NCBI GenBank assembly: GCA_903928445.1
Contig: CAIYRB010000194.1
Coordinates: 25,301-89,300, forward strand
Source: an uncultured Pseudomonadota bacterium
GTDB taxonomy: Bacteria; Bdellovibrionota_B; Oligoflexia; Oligoflexales; CAIYRB01
Reading direction: 5' to 3'
DNA length: 64,000 nucleotides
A program made the translations under genes and the position numbers. Positions within the stretch are counted from its first letter, which is position 1; every line of letters starts with the position of its first letter. Positions 37,189-46,328 of this stretch are shown piece by piece. The notes under the pieces were generated by a model. The model was given only the letters and a program-made list of their open reading frames with translations, did no database searches and was not told the DNA's origin.

Positions 37189-37518
37189 CTAGTCCTGCTC
37201 GTCGTCCTGCCAAACAACTTCGTCATCGACTAAATCCTCGTCAATGAGTTCATCGTAGAAATCGACTTCATCAACATAGATGCGTTCGGGGTGTGCCAGG
37301 CGCTCCCGCATCGTCCGGATACGCTCAACCAATTCCTGGCGCAGCTCACTCTGGTCCACAGCCTCGACCAAACCACGAGCTAGGAGCTGCTCGGTGGTGA
37401 CCGAAAGATTTTTAAGCAGGGTTTCCGCCATATTTAGTCGCAAAATGCGCAGCGTACCGAGCTGCTCCAACATGGCTTGGTCAAACTTGCGTGTTAAGAT
37501 TGGGGCGGCATCATTCAT
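37189..37518 (-). CDS. Hypothetical protein with an extremely acidic C-terminal tail
   Basis: MNDAAPILTRKF... is helical and ends YVDEVDFYDELIDEDLVDDEVVWQDDEQD. Start uncertain (the ORF track gives TTG at 37596). Confidence 0.5.
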   Translation of the reverse strand: MNDAAPILTRKFDQAMLEQLGTLRILRLNMAETLLKNLSVTTEQLLARGLVEAVDQSELRQELVERIRTMRERLAHPERIYVDEVDFYDELIDEDLVDDEVVWQDDEQD

Positions 37519-37691
37519 GGGGAAAATCCTGTCTACAGCAGCGTTGGGAAGACTCCGGGTCGCAAACACCCACCCGAGTGTCTCAGTTCTCCCCAAGCAA
37601 ACAGCGTGCCACTACTGCGGCGACGTAACCCACTGAAAGTACGCTTGGGCTGCATGTTTACCGATTGGACAGGCGCCCACCGAAGGTACCA

Positions 37692-38477
37692 TCACATCTT
37701 CGGCCGACCTGCAATCTCAAGGGGTGACTCGGTCAGGATGACCACCTCACCGTCGCTCTTGATGCCTAAGGTGTGTTCCCACTGCGCCGAGAGGCCGTTA
37801 TCAATGGTCACGGCAGTCCAGCCATCGCGCTGCACTTTGACCTTCCAGTGGCCCTCGTTGATCATCGGCTCGATCGTAAACACCATCCCAGGCCCAAGGC
37901 GCGTGCCCTTTCCGGCTTGCCCATAGTGGAGGATTTGCGGGTCTTCATGAAACACTCGACCGATACCGTGCCCCACGAACTCCCGTACGACACTAAATCC
38001 CTGCCCCTCGGCGTAGCGCTGAATCGCAGCACCGATGTCACCGGTACGAGCCCCGTCATGCACGGCTTCGATCCCTTTGAACAAACAAGCATGTGCGACC
38101 TCTGTCAGCCGCCGTGCGACCGGCGGAATATTCTGACCGACTAAATACATCCGCGAGGTGTCACCATGGAAGCCATCCACGATCGAGGTCACGTCGATGT
38201 TGATGATGTCTCCCTCTTTCAGCTTCTGCTTGCTGCTCGGAATACCGTGACACACGACTTCGTTGACCGAGGTGCAAATCGATTTCGGAAAACCCTTGTA
38301 GTTTAAGGGGGCCGGGATACCGCCATGCTTGACGGTATAGTCATGGACGATGTCGTTAAGTTCGAGGGTCGACACACCCGGTTTGACGTAGTCGCCGATT
38401 AAGTCGAGCAAGGTCGCTGATAATCTGCCAGCGGACCGCATGGCATCAATCTCGGCATCTGATTTTAAAACGATCAT
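37692..38477 (-). CDS. map: Methionine aminopeptidase, type I
   Basis: VCHGIPS, GDIINIDVT, GFHGDTS, GHGIGRVFHE, FTIEPM, WEHT (metal ligands). Start trimmed to MIVLKSDAEI. Confidence 0.95.
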   Translation of the reverse strand: MIVLKSDAEIDAMRSAGRLSATLLDLIGDYVKPGVSTLELNDIVHDYTVKHGGIPAPLNYKGFPKSICTSVNEVVCHGIPSSKQKLKEGDIINIDVTSIVDGFHGDTSRMYLVGQNIPPVARRLTEVAHACLFKGIEAVHDGARTGDIGAAIQRYAEGQGFSVVREFVGHGIGRVFHEDPQILHYGQAGKGTRLGPGMVFTIEPMINEGHWKVKVQRDGWTAVTIDNGLSAQWEHTLGIKSDGEVVILTESPLEIAGRPKM

Positions 38478-38511
38478 TTCTGTACTCCTGAGAACTAAAA
38501 GCCTGCCCCTC

Positions 38512-40038
38512 CTATAATAGGAGACGGCGAAACCAGTCTGGGTCGCGAAGGTTGAGAGATCCGGCAGGCAGACGCACGGCTGGTCCACTTTCCAGACAAG
38601 CTTTTTGACGGAAAAGAACGGTGACGGGCTCCAACTCGCTGAGCCTCTTTTGCACCTGCTTTAGACTGTTAAAATCGGGCAGCAACGTCGTTAAACTTGC
38701 TGCATATCGCTCGAGGAGCTGGTCCAGCTCCGCGTCGCTTAGCGCATCAAATGGCCCATAAACCTTGCGACCGCGGTGAAAATTTCCAAGAAGATTAAGA
38801 CGAGGCCAGTCGATGTCAAACAGCGCCAAGGTCCCGTCAATGAGCTGGCTGTCCGCATCCTGTTTGCTACCAACCCTAAACTCCAACCGAATGCCCACAG
38901 CGGCGAAGGTATCGGCAAGTACCTTTTCGGCGAGGTTGGGTGACGGACCAGAAGAAACAAAGGTCAATGTGAGCGGCGCGCCGGCGCTGTCCAAACGCGG
39001 CGATCCAGAGGTTTTTCGCAGATAACCAAGGCGGTTCAATGCCGCCGAAGCAGCATGCAGGTCAAAACCATGGGTGGGCGTCTGGAGGTGATAACCTGGG
39101 TGCTCGTGAGGTACCAGCGACGAGGTGACCTCCGCTAACTGCGCCGCACCAGCAGCCACCAGGGCCGCGCGCGGTATCAGTGCGCTTAGTGCCCGACGCA
39201 GTCCTGGATTAGCCATAAGCCCATTCTGAGTGTTCCAGACGATCATGGCTACTTGCGGCAACTCCAGCGTTCGATCGCAGCCTGAGCCCCTATCCGAAGG
39301 GCGCTGCTCGGGCGTGCTGGTAATCGCACTGGCGTAACGCAGCTCAAGGTACTGCGGAGGTAGCTTCGCCGGCCGTTCCGCTGCTTTGTAAATCGCCAGC
39401 TGCGGCAGCTCCTTGGTCGATTTGTAGCTTTCCACGGGTAGCAATAGCAGGCCGAAGGGCTTGAGGCTGGGGCGGTACAGACCGACGCACTCAAACGCAA
39501 AGGAAGACTTTTGTCCACCATCTACCGAGCGAAAGAATGGTGCGCCATTGACAATAAACGGCCCAAACGGCGGCTCTTGCTGAAAATGTATGCTCGCCCC
39601 AAACGGACCATCGGTGCGGACTTCAAACTTTGGCAATGTCCACAGGCCATCCGAGCGTTCCGCGGCAAGAAGGGGCAGCTGCGCGCGTAAAAAGCCCGCC
39701 AGCTCCGCCCCCGTCACGGCCTGGCCGGACCACCAAAAGAGCCCTGGCCTTAGTTCATAATGGAAGACCACGGCGTCCCCGGAGCTGGGATGCTCCTGGC
39801 TGACTCTTTTAAGCAACAGCTCTTCGGATTTTTTTAGGCTGAGGTTTAAGCGCGTCAAGGCCGGGCAGATCTGCCGACCGACCACGGGATCATCACCAAT
39901 CGCTCGCTGCGGCGAAGCGCCGCTGAGGTCAGGCAGGGCCCACCCCAGCACCGCAATTGGCTGAGGGGCCGCCGATGCAACGGCCGAAGCCGCCGCCCAG
40001 ACTAAAGCCCCTACCAATATCGATATAATTTTGTTCAT
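38512..40038 (-). CDS. Periplasmic solute-binding protein, family 5 (peptide/nickel type), tentative
   Basis: Signal peptide MNKIISILVGALVWAAASAVASA. The size and the motif YELRPGLFWWSGQAVTGAEL resemble SBP_bac_5. No cognate permease or ATPase is adjacent. Confidence 0.5.
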   Translation of the reverse strand: MNKIISILVGALVWAAASAVASAAPQPIAVLGWALPDLSGASPQRAIGDDPVVGRQICPALTRLNLSLKKSEELLLKRVSQEHPSSGDAVVFHYELRPGLFWWSGQAVTGAELAGFLRAQLPLLAAERSDGLWTLPKFEVRTDGPFGASIHFQQEPPFGPFIVNGAPFFRSVDGGQKSSFAFECVGLYRPSLKPFGLLLLPVESYKSTKELPQLAIYKAAERPAKLPPQYLELRYASAITSTPEQRPSDRGSGCDRTLELPQVAMIVWNTQNGLMANPGLRRALSALIPRAALVAAGAAQLAEVTSSLVPHEHPGYHLQTPTHGFDLHAASAALNRLGYLRKTSGSPRLDSAGAPLTLTFVSSGPSPNLAEKVLADTFAAVGIRLEFRVGSKQDADSQLIDGTLALFDIDWPRLNLLGNFHRGRKVYGPFDALSDAELDQLLERYAASLTTLLPDFNSLKQVQKRLSELEPVTVLFRQKACLESGPAVRLPAGSLNLRDPDWFRRLLL

Positions 40039-40105
40039 ATAGTTTACTGTTGCAAGGCGGAGGCTGCCCGTTAACCGGTCAAATGATCGAGTCTAGGCTT
40101 TTTTG

Positions 40106-41278
40106 ATGAGAATAGAAAGATCCTTCGATGTCGTCGTCATCGGCACCGGTATCTCGGGACTCGCCACGGCATACCACCTTCAACGCCTCGGTATCCAGCG
40201 CTTAGCCATTGCCGGACCAAACCTTGAAGCGAGTGCCACTAGCCGCTCGGCTGGCCTGATTAGCGGCGGGCAAGTCGATAATTTCACCAGGATTGCGCAA
40301 GCACACACGGCAGAACGGGCCACTGCCTTATGGCGCTTTGGCGACGCGGCGTTCGATGCGCTCGTCGCCTATCTGCAGCGGGGGGGAGTTAAACACCTAA
40401 AAAACAGACGGTTGCGCCTTCTGACGAGCCCCAGTGAACAAAGGGAGGCCGCTTTGGCCGTGGCGCAGATGACAGCCAACGGTCTTTCAGCGCAGCTCAT
40501 CGCTACCAAAAGCACTGACCCAGATGGCCTCCTTGAAAGCCTGCAAAGCCGCATCCTCGGCGTCCAAAGCGACGGTGGCCGCGGCGGCTGGGTCGATCCC
40601 AAGGCACTGCTCAATAAGCTGCAAAGCGACACCGCTACGCTGCCGCGCTTGAACGTGGTCCAAGCCATTGATGACGCAGGTGGCGCTCCGTTGCTGCGAC
40701 TCATGGATGGCTCGACCATCTCCTGCGAAATCGTCGTCGCTGCAGCCCATCTCCAAATCCGCTCCCTACTTCCGGACCTGGCTCCAGCTCTCGTCAGCTT
40801 TGCCGACCAATGGCTGCATCTGTCCCTCAAGCACCTGCCCAAGGACGCTCTGGGTACCGCCTTTAGCGCCAACAACACCCATGAATGGGGGGTTTTTTCC
40901 TCACCCAACCGGCTGCGCCTAGGTGGTGCCCGCTACCTCCGGCCAATGGCTGGGATCGAAGCTACTACACCCAGCGTCGAGCCCAAGGTCACGGCGCAGC
41001 TTTTGGCGACGCTAGGCGAGATGTTTAGTTTTGCTGAAGGGGCCAAGATACTAACTAGTCACGCCTCGCTTGACATCAATCCATGCGACGAGCTACCGCT
41101 CATTGGGCCATCTTTTGGTAGCAGTCGCATCTTGGTCGCGACTGGCTTTATGGGCACCGGCCTGACCACTGGCTTTTGGGCAGGCAAATGCCTCGCTGAT
41201 CTTGTGGCCTACGGCAAAGCACCAGACCTCCCGCGCTTCCTTTGGCCCGAACGTCTACGCACTCTTTCATCGTCATAA
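40106..41278 (+). CDS. FAD-dependent oxidoreductase (DAO family)
   Basis: FDVVVIGTGISGLATAYHL dinucleotide-binding motif. The size and C-terminal GFMGTGLT are typical of the DAO family. Confidence 0.8.
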   Translation: MRIERSFDVVVIGTGISGLATAYHLQRLGIQRLAIAGPNLEASATSRSAGLISGGQVDNFTRIAQAHTAERATALWRFGDAAFDALVAYLQRGGVKHLKNRRLRLLTSPSEQREAALAVAQMTANGLSAQLIATKSTDPDGLLESLQSRILGVQSDGGRGGWVDPKALLNKLQSDTATLPRLNVVQAIDDAGGAPLLRLMDGSTISCEIVVAAAHLQIRSLLPDLAPALVSFADQWLHLSLKHLPKDALGTAFSANNTHEWGVFSSPNRLRLGGARYLRPMAGIEATTPSVEPKVTAQLLATLGEMFSFAEGAKILTSHASLDINPCDELPLIGPSFGSSRILVATGFMGTGLTTGFWAGKCLADLVAYGKAPDLPRFLWPERLRTLSSS

Positions 41279-41288
41279 CGGATGAACC

Positions 41289-41528
41289 ATGACCGAACCA
41301 AAGATTCGACCGGCGCGACTTACCAGCTGCCCGACGTGTAAGAAAAGCGTTGTCTACGACGTCGCCAACCCATTTCGGCCGTTTTGTAGTGAGCGTTGCA
41401 AAAATGAAGACATCATAGCTTGGGCCGACGAGGGTTTTCGCATCGCCGGTAAAGCCCCGGATCCTGACGAGGAGGGAGATGGCGACTCCCCACTGCACCC
41501 AAGCGCCTCGTTAGACCATGAGGATTAG
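41289..41528 (+). CDS. yacG: DNA gyrase inhibitor YacG (zinc finger)
   Basis: CPTCKK...PFRPFCSERCKNEDIIAWADE, with an acidic C-terminal tail. Confidence 0.85.
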   Translation: MTEPKIRPARLTSCPTCKKSVVYDVANPFRPFCSERCKNEDIIAWADEGFRIAGKAPDPDEEGDGDSPLHPSASLDHED

Positions 41529-41544
41529 TCGAGCGCTGAATGGC

Positions 41545-41919
41545 TTAGGACGGAGCCGGCAATGGATTGCAGGCGATGGTTAGTGCTTCGACCGGTTGGC
41601 CTTTTAGCAGATGCTCTTGCAGCACTGCCTCAATGTGTTCAGGAGTTAAATCCTTGTACCAGGTACCCTCGGGGTAGACGAGGCCAACGGGTCCATCACG
41701 ACACACTCTGAGACATCCGACGCGCGTACGAAACACCGAGTCATCGACCAAGTTCAGCTCTCGCATACGCTTTTTAAGGTAGTCCCAACTTTCTTTTCCC
41801 TGCTTGTCGCTACAGCATTTGTCACCGGTGCAGATGAAAATGTGCCGCTGGTAATGACCGATATTCAATCCTTGGACCACTGCCTGAAGGTTCTTGCTGC
41901 TTCTATCACTCTTGCTCAT
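41545..41919 (-). CDS. Thioredoxin-like [2Fe-2S] ferredoxin
   Basis: HIFICTGDKCCS...GCLRVCRDGPVGLVYPEGTWY is the typical Cys spacing and motif of thioredoxin-fold 2Fe-2S ferredoxins. Confidence 0.72.
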   Translation of the reverse strand: MSKSDRSSKNLQAVVQGLNIGHYQRHIFICTGDKCCSDKQGKESWDYLKKRMRELNLVDDSVFRTRVGCLRVCRDGPVGLVYPEGTWYKDLTPEHIEAVLQEHLLKGQPVEALTIACNPLPAPS

Positions 41920-41928
41920 CGGAGAACC

Positions 41929-42222
41929 TCATGGTTGGTGCAAACTCAGGTCACGCAACCGACGCAGGACCAGCTTGCGCAGGCCCACCATTGATTTCAC
42001 TTTAGCCTGAGCCCCAGAGCGCTGGTCTTTACCGCCAAAAAAAGGCGGCAACAACTCCGCCAGAATCAGCAATAAGGCATCGACATCGGGTGCCGCCTGC
42101 AGCCACTCGTCGATCACAGCATAGTCTTGGTAAGGGAGAAATAAGGCCTGCCCCTGACAAGCCAAAATATAATGCGCAACCAGTTCAGGAGGGCGCAGGC
42201 CCTCGACATCGACGTAGCTCAT
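41929..42222 (-). CDS. Hypothetical 97-aa protein
   Basis: ATGA-coupled to the upstream gene and 9 nt upstream of the ferredoxin. Helical, with a basic C-terminus. No recognised domain. Confidence 0.5.
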   Translation of the reverse strand: MSYVDVEGLRPPELVAHYILACQGQALFLPYQDYAVIDEWLQAAPDVDALLLILAELLPPFFGGKDQRSGAQAKVKSMVGLRKLVLRRLRDLSLHQP

Positions 42223-42752
42223 GGCTCTTGGCTACTCGTGCGCATCTGGCGCACCTGCGCCTCCAGCGTGGTCACCTTGGTACTAACGTCCTCGAGTGCC
42301 GCACTGTAGCGCTTGAGCTCTTGTAGGTGGTCATGAATGCGGACCAAATTGGCAACGCGAATCGGTAGCGACGCCAGATGCGCGGGCGCTAAAATATCGA
42401 AGTACCAATTATCCTGTACTGCAGTCGGCAGGATCTCGCTGAGGCCCTCAAAGGGAATATCCGCGAGGATCACCACGGGTGTCCAAATCGTGCCCAAAGC
42501 CTGGATCCGACCGCGTAAGCCACCCAGCCAACGCGAAAAGTCGATGGCGGCAACCTTCTGTGCGGCGATGATCAGCAGGTCGCAGTGGGCAGCCTCAGGA
42601 CCCTCCAGAGCTTTCAAGTGAGTGAGCGTGACATCGCCAAGACGCTTAAGATGCTGCTCCAGAGCCATGCTGTCGGCGTCGACCACGCGCGCTTCGGCAC
42701 TCCAGTAACAAACACGCAGGCGACGACCAGAAAAAACAGGGCTAGAAGACAT
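42219..42752 (-). CDS. Pseudo-receiver (CheY-like fold lacking the phospho-acceptor Asp) plus C-terminal coiled coil, tentative
   Basis: RLRVCYW...CDLLIIAAQ...TPVVILAD... follows the receiver beta-alpha pattern, but the acceptor position reads A (IIAAQ). The C-terminus HLQELKRYSAALEDVSTKVTTLEAQVRQM is coiled-coil-like. Start trimmed to MSSSP. Confidence 0.45.
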   Translation of the reverse strand: MSSSPVFSGRRLRVCYWSAEARVVDADSMALEQHLKRLGDVTLTHLKALEGPEAAHCDLLIIAAQKVAAIDFSRWLGGLRGRIQALGTIWTPVVILADIPFEGLSEILPTAVQDNWYFDILAPAHLASLPIRVANLVRIHDHLQELKRYSAALEDVSTKVTTLEAQVRQMRTSSQEP

Positions 42753-42786
42753 GCTAAAGACTCTTGCCGGCTCAATCCGGTGGTTT

Positions 42787-42832
42787 CTCGATTTTGGCTG
42801 GCCAAGCCGTCCCGAAAAGCGCCAAAATCGAG
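42787..42832. promoter_or_regulatory. Perfect 12-bp inverted repeat (CTCGATTTTGGC - 22 nt - GCCAAAATCGAG) in a divergent intergenic region
   Basis: Read directly from the sequence; the arms are exact reverse complements. It lies between the minus-strand start at 42752 and the plus-strand start at 42897. Confidence 0.85.
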
Positions 42833-42896
42833 CTGAGATGAACGTGCGGACGGGCATGTCACTATAACAGGGACGATTTGAAGGCAGGAGACATTT

Positions 42897-43919
42897 ATGC
42901 AAACGGTCCGGGCCAAAGCTCCGACACGGATTGATTTAGCCGGTGGTACCCTGGACTTATGGCCGATTCACCATCTGCTGCGCCATAAGGCGACCGTCAA
43001 CGTCGGGGTAACCCTGTATGCCAAGGCTGAGGTCGGGCCCAGTCCGGATGGCTTGTTTCACCTCATCAGCCTCGATCAAGAAACGGCGATTAAAGGCGAC
43101 TTTGCGACGGTCGTCGGCAATCACGACCTTCCCTTACTGGGCCTGTTGCTCGGCGCCTTTTGGTCGGCGCAGAGAGCGCCGCTAACCATCAAAACCAACG
43201 CCATGTCACCAGCCGGCGCCGGGTTGGGTGGATCGTCTTGCCTGGGTATCGCCGTGGCCGGAGCTCTGCAAAAGCAGCGCGAGCTGCATGGCCTGACGCC
43301 GTTACTTGGCGAGGCTGACCTCATCCGTGTCGTCCAGGATGCCGAAGCTAAGCTTATCCATGCACCCACTGGAGTTCAGGACTATTGGGGGGGCATACGT
43401 GGTGGCGTCAATATCCTGCGTTTTCCCTTTGGCAAGGTGGAGGTCGAGACCCTGCCGGCCGCTCAGCTACCCGGACTCACGGATGAACTCATCCTCTGCT
43501 ACAGCGGTAAATCACGCGCTTCGGCATTGAACAACTGGGAGATCTTCAAGCGCCTGTTCGACAAGGATCCAGAACTCCTCGCAGCCTTCGAGATCCTCGG
43601 TGCCACGGCAGAAGACTGCGCCGCAGCCGTCACGGCGGGTGACCTTAGGCAAACCCTGCGGTTGTCGCAGCAAGAGTGGCGTCAGCGCATCGCCATGTGG
43701 CCAAGCATCGAAACCGAAGAGACGCGGCGGATCGACCTTGCTGCGCGTGGGGCCGGCGCCGAGTTCAGCCGTGTCTGCGGCGCTGGTGGCGGCGGCGTGA
43801 TGGCTGTCTTCGCGCCACCACAGCAGCATCAAGCCGTTAAAAAAGCTATGGAACAAGTTGGTGGTCGGATCCTCGACGCCACCGTCGCAGCATCGGGGCT
43901 AAGCCTTGAAATTGTCTAA
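42897..43919 (+). CDS. GHMP-family sugar kinase (HddA/fucokinase-like subgroup)
   Basis: N-terminal RAKAPTRIDLAGGTLDLWPI and the GHMP motif SPAGAGLGGSSCLGIAVAGA. AGGAG RBS. Confidence 0.8.
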   Translation: MQTVRAKAPTRIDLAGGTLDLWPIHHLLRHKATVNVGVTLYAKAEVGPSPDGLFHLISLDQETAIKGDFATVVGNHDLPLLGLLLGAFWSAQRAPLTIKTNAMSPAGAGLGGSSCLGIAVAGALQKQRELHGLTPLLGEADLIRVVQDAEAKLIHAPTGVQDYWGGIRGGVNILRFPFGKVEVETLPAAQLPGLTDELILCYSGKSRASALNNWEIFKRLFDKDPELLAAFEILGATAEDCAAAVTAGDLRQTLRLSQQEWRQRIAMWPSIETEETRRIDLAARGAGAEFSRVCGAGGGGVMAVFAPPQQHQAVKKAMEQVGGRILDATVAASGLSLEIV

Positions 43920-45252
43920 AGCAGCACCTCTCAAGAACACCAAACTCAGTCACCCCCATGGCTCTGCGGAGGCCGTACCCCAAGTTGGTAGCCCTGCGTT
44001 TGAAAAACTGATTAAGCGGCAGATCCTCGGTCGACCACAGGAGGCGCTGGTGCGCTTTGCCAAGGGGATGGGTGATCTGTGCCTAGCTGAAATCGTGGCG
44101 CTACTGGGCACGCTTAAGGTCGACGGCGCCGATCAACCTCAGTGCCAGCTTACGCCTACTTGCATAATGATCACGCAGGTGAGCCTGCGCACTTTAGTGT
44201 CCCTGACGGCGCTGCTGACGACAGCACGCGAAGTGCTGTGGCTTGTCGGCTCAGGGCGAGCTGGATCGATCGGTGAAATCAAAGACCGCTGTGCCGCCGT
44301 ACCGTGGCCACTCCTGTTAACACGGGGGTCCACGTTAGGTTTGCGGGTGGCGTCTACGTCCAGCCATGTGTTTCATGAGGGCAAAGTCGCCGAGTTAGTC
44401 GGCAAGGCTCTAGCCAAGCACGGCATGAGCGAGGTGCCAAAGGTGAGTGCTAGGCAACTGCTCGATGTCCGCCTGATTGATGATCGCATCGCTTTCGCCC
44501 TGAGTCTCGCCGGGCGTCCACTATACCAACGTCACTATAAAAAGGCCCTGGCTGGAACCGCAACGGTGAAAGAAGATATCGCAGCCGCTTGCACTCAAGC
44601 GACGCTTCGCTTTGCCACAGAGCACCAAGGTGCATCCTACCAACCAGGTCGGATCTTGGTGCCCTTTGCTGGTAGCGGAACTTTGGGCTTTGAGGCCGCC
44701 ATCGCCTTGCGCCGTATTCCGCCGTGGATCTTTTTTGGCCCCCTTGGGGCTGAGGCTTTTCCGTGCATACCGCAAGCAACCATGAACTTTATGCGGCGTG
44801 CTTCGCTAACTAGGATGCAGGAGGCGGGAGACCGCCATTTAGAGGTCACCTTCATCGACGATGACGCGGCCCAAGTTGAGGCCTTGCGCATCAATACCGC
44901 TAACTTCAACGACCACGTTACGGCGACTGGTGGCGAAGCCACCGCATTCACGATCATCCACAGCGACTTCTTCGAATGCACCTGGCCGGCCGGCGACGGC
45001 CACCTGTTCATTGCACTGAATCCGCCTTTTGGCCTACGCCTAGAGGACCGTGCCGCCGTCGACCGACTGTATCCGCGTTTGGCAAAAACCATCAGCGGCG
45101 CTCCAGGAGCCCTGGCTGGCTTTGCCTTAGCGCCGACCGAGGCGGTCGCGCGGCGCTTTGCTTCTGGTCTAAAAGATATGGCAACGCAACTGCGTCCGTT
45201 CAATCACGGCGGCAGAACCGTGTACCTGGTCATGTTTAGCCGCGCCACATGA
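43906..45252 (+). CDS. THUMP-domain class I SAM-dependent RNA methyltransferase (RlmL/Trm14-like)
   Basis: SAM motif I PFAGSGTLGFEAA and catalytic motif IV LNPPFG. The N-terminal half is consistent with THUMP. Start uncertain (TTG at 43906 overlaps the kinase by 14 nt). Confidence 0.72.
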   Translation: MKLSKAAPLKNTKLSHPHGSAEAVPQVGSPAFEKLIKRQILGRPQEALVRFAKGMGDLCLAEIVALLGTLKVDGADQPQCQLTPTCIMITQVSLRTLVSLTALLTTAREVLWLVGSGRAGSIGEIKDRCAAVPWPLLLTRGSTLGLRVASTSSHVFHEGKVAELVGKALAKHGMSEVPKVSARQLLDVRLIDDRIAFALSLAGRPLYQRHYKKALAGTATVKEDIAAACTQATLRFATEHQGASYQPGRILVPFAGSGTLGFEAAIALRRIPPWIFFGPLGAEAFPCIPQATMNFMRRASLTRMQEAGDRHLEVTFIDDDAAQVEALRINTANFNDHVTATGGEATAFTIIHSDFFECTWPAGDGHLFIALNPPFGLRLEDRAAVDRLYPRLAKTISGAPGALAGFALAPTEAVARRFASGLKDMATQLRPFNHGGRTVYLVMFSRAT

Positions 45253-45330
45253 GCCAGCGCCGACCAGATCTTGACAAGCATCAGCAAATCTGGCCGAATG
45301 TGGCGCTTGCATAGAAGGAGAGACGATCAT

Positions 45331-45657
45331 ATGTCCGAGCACACAACCGCTATCACCGACGCGAATTTTGACGCTGCGGTGTTGAAATCCACCCAACCAG
45401 TACTTGTCGATTTTTGGGCCCCCTGGTGTGGACCCTGTGTCGCGATTGCCCCGTTACTTGAGACCCTGGCTCAGGAATACAAGGGCCAAGTCACGATCGG
45501 CAAAATGAACGTCGATGAAAACGCCAACACAGCGGCGACCTACGGCGTACGCTCAATCCCCTTCCTCGCCTTGTTTAAAGACGGCAAGGTGGTCGATACC
45601 GTCGTCGGTGCCGTGCCTAAGACCAAGTTGGTCGACCTGATCAAGAAAGGTCTGTAA
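45331..45657 (+). CDS. trxA: Thioredoxin
   Basis: FWAPWCGPC active site. 108 aa from MSEHTT, with AAGGAGAG RBS. Confidence 0.95.
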   Translation: MSEHTTAITDANFDAAVLKSTQPVLVDFWAPWCGPCVAIAPLLETLAQEYKGQVTIGKMNVDENANTAATYGVRSIPFLALFKDGKVVDTVVGAVPKTKLVDLIKKGL

Positions 45658-46328
45658 TGGCTCAGTCGCCGGGAGCGCTTTCGCGCGCCCGGGGTCGGCT
45701 TGAGCGCACCTTGTTACAGTCGGGCATGTGCCTGGCCGGAGTCGACGAGGTCGGGCGCGGCTGCCTGGCCGGACCGGTGCACGCCGGCTGTGCGATCATC
45801 GACTGGAGTAAATTTAAGCGCCTACCAAGCAAGCGGCGGCAGCTGATCAGAGATTCAAAGCAGCTGACGGCCAAGCAGCGGACTGAGCTTGTACCCCAAC
45901 TGATCGATCTTTGCCTCGAATGGCAAGTCGCCAGCGCCAGCGCCAAGGAGATCGATCGGCTAGGCATTGTCGCCGCAACCTTTCTCGCCATGCGACGGGC
46001 GATCAGCGGCTGCAAGACGCCCATCGATATGCTGCTGATCGACGGCAAATGGCCGCTAGCCGGCTACACTGGGCCCCAGCAGGCCGTCATTAAGGGCGAC
46101 TTTCTCTGCTATTCGATCGCCGCAGCATCCATTTTAGCTAAAGAGGCAAGAGACCAGTACATGCGCGAACAAGCTGGTCTGTTCCCGGCCTACGGCTTTA
46201 CCTCACATGTCGGTTACGGGACCAAGCTACACCTTGCTATGATTGAGCAGCACGGCATTTGCCCACTGCACCGGACTAGCTTTGCCCCGATTAAACCTCA
46301 CGTCCAAGCAGCGTCGCAGCAGCGCTGA
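45657..46328 (+). CDS. rnhB: Ribonuclease HII
   Basis: AGVDEVGRGCLAGPV, DSK.L, SIAAASILAK. TAATG junction with trxA. Confidence 0.92.
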   Translation: MAQSPGALSRARGRLERTLLQSGMCLAGVDEVGRGCLAGPVHAGCAIIDWSKFKRLPSKRRQLIRDSKQLTAKQRTELVPQLIDLCLEWQVASASAKEIDRLGIVAATFLAMRRAISGCKTPIDMLLIDGKWPLAGYTGPQQAVIKGDFLCYSIAAASILAKEARDQYMREQAGLFPAYGFTSHVGYGTKLHLAMIEQHGICPLHRTSFAPIKPHVQAASQQR

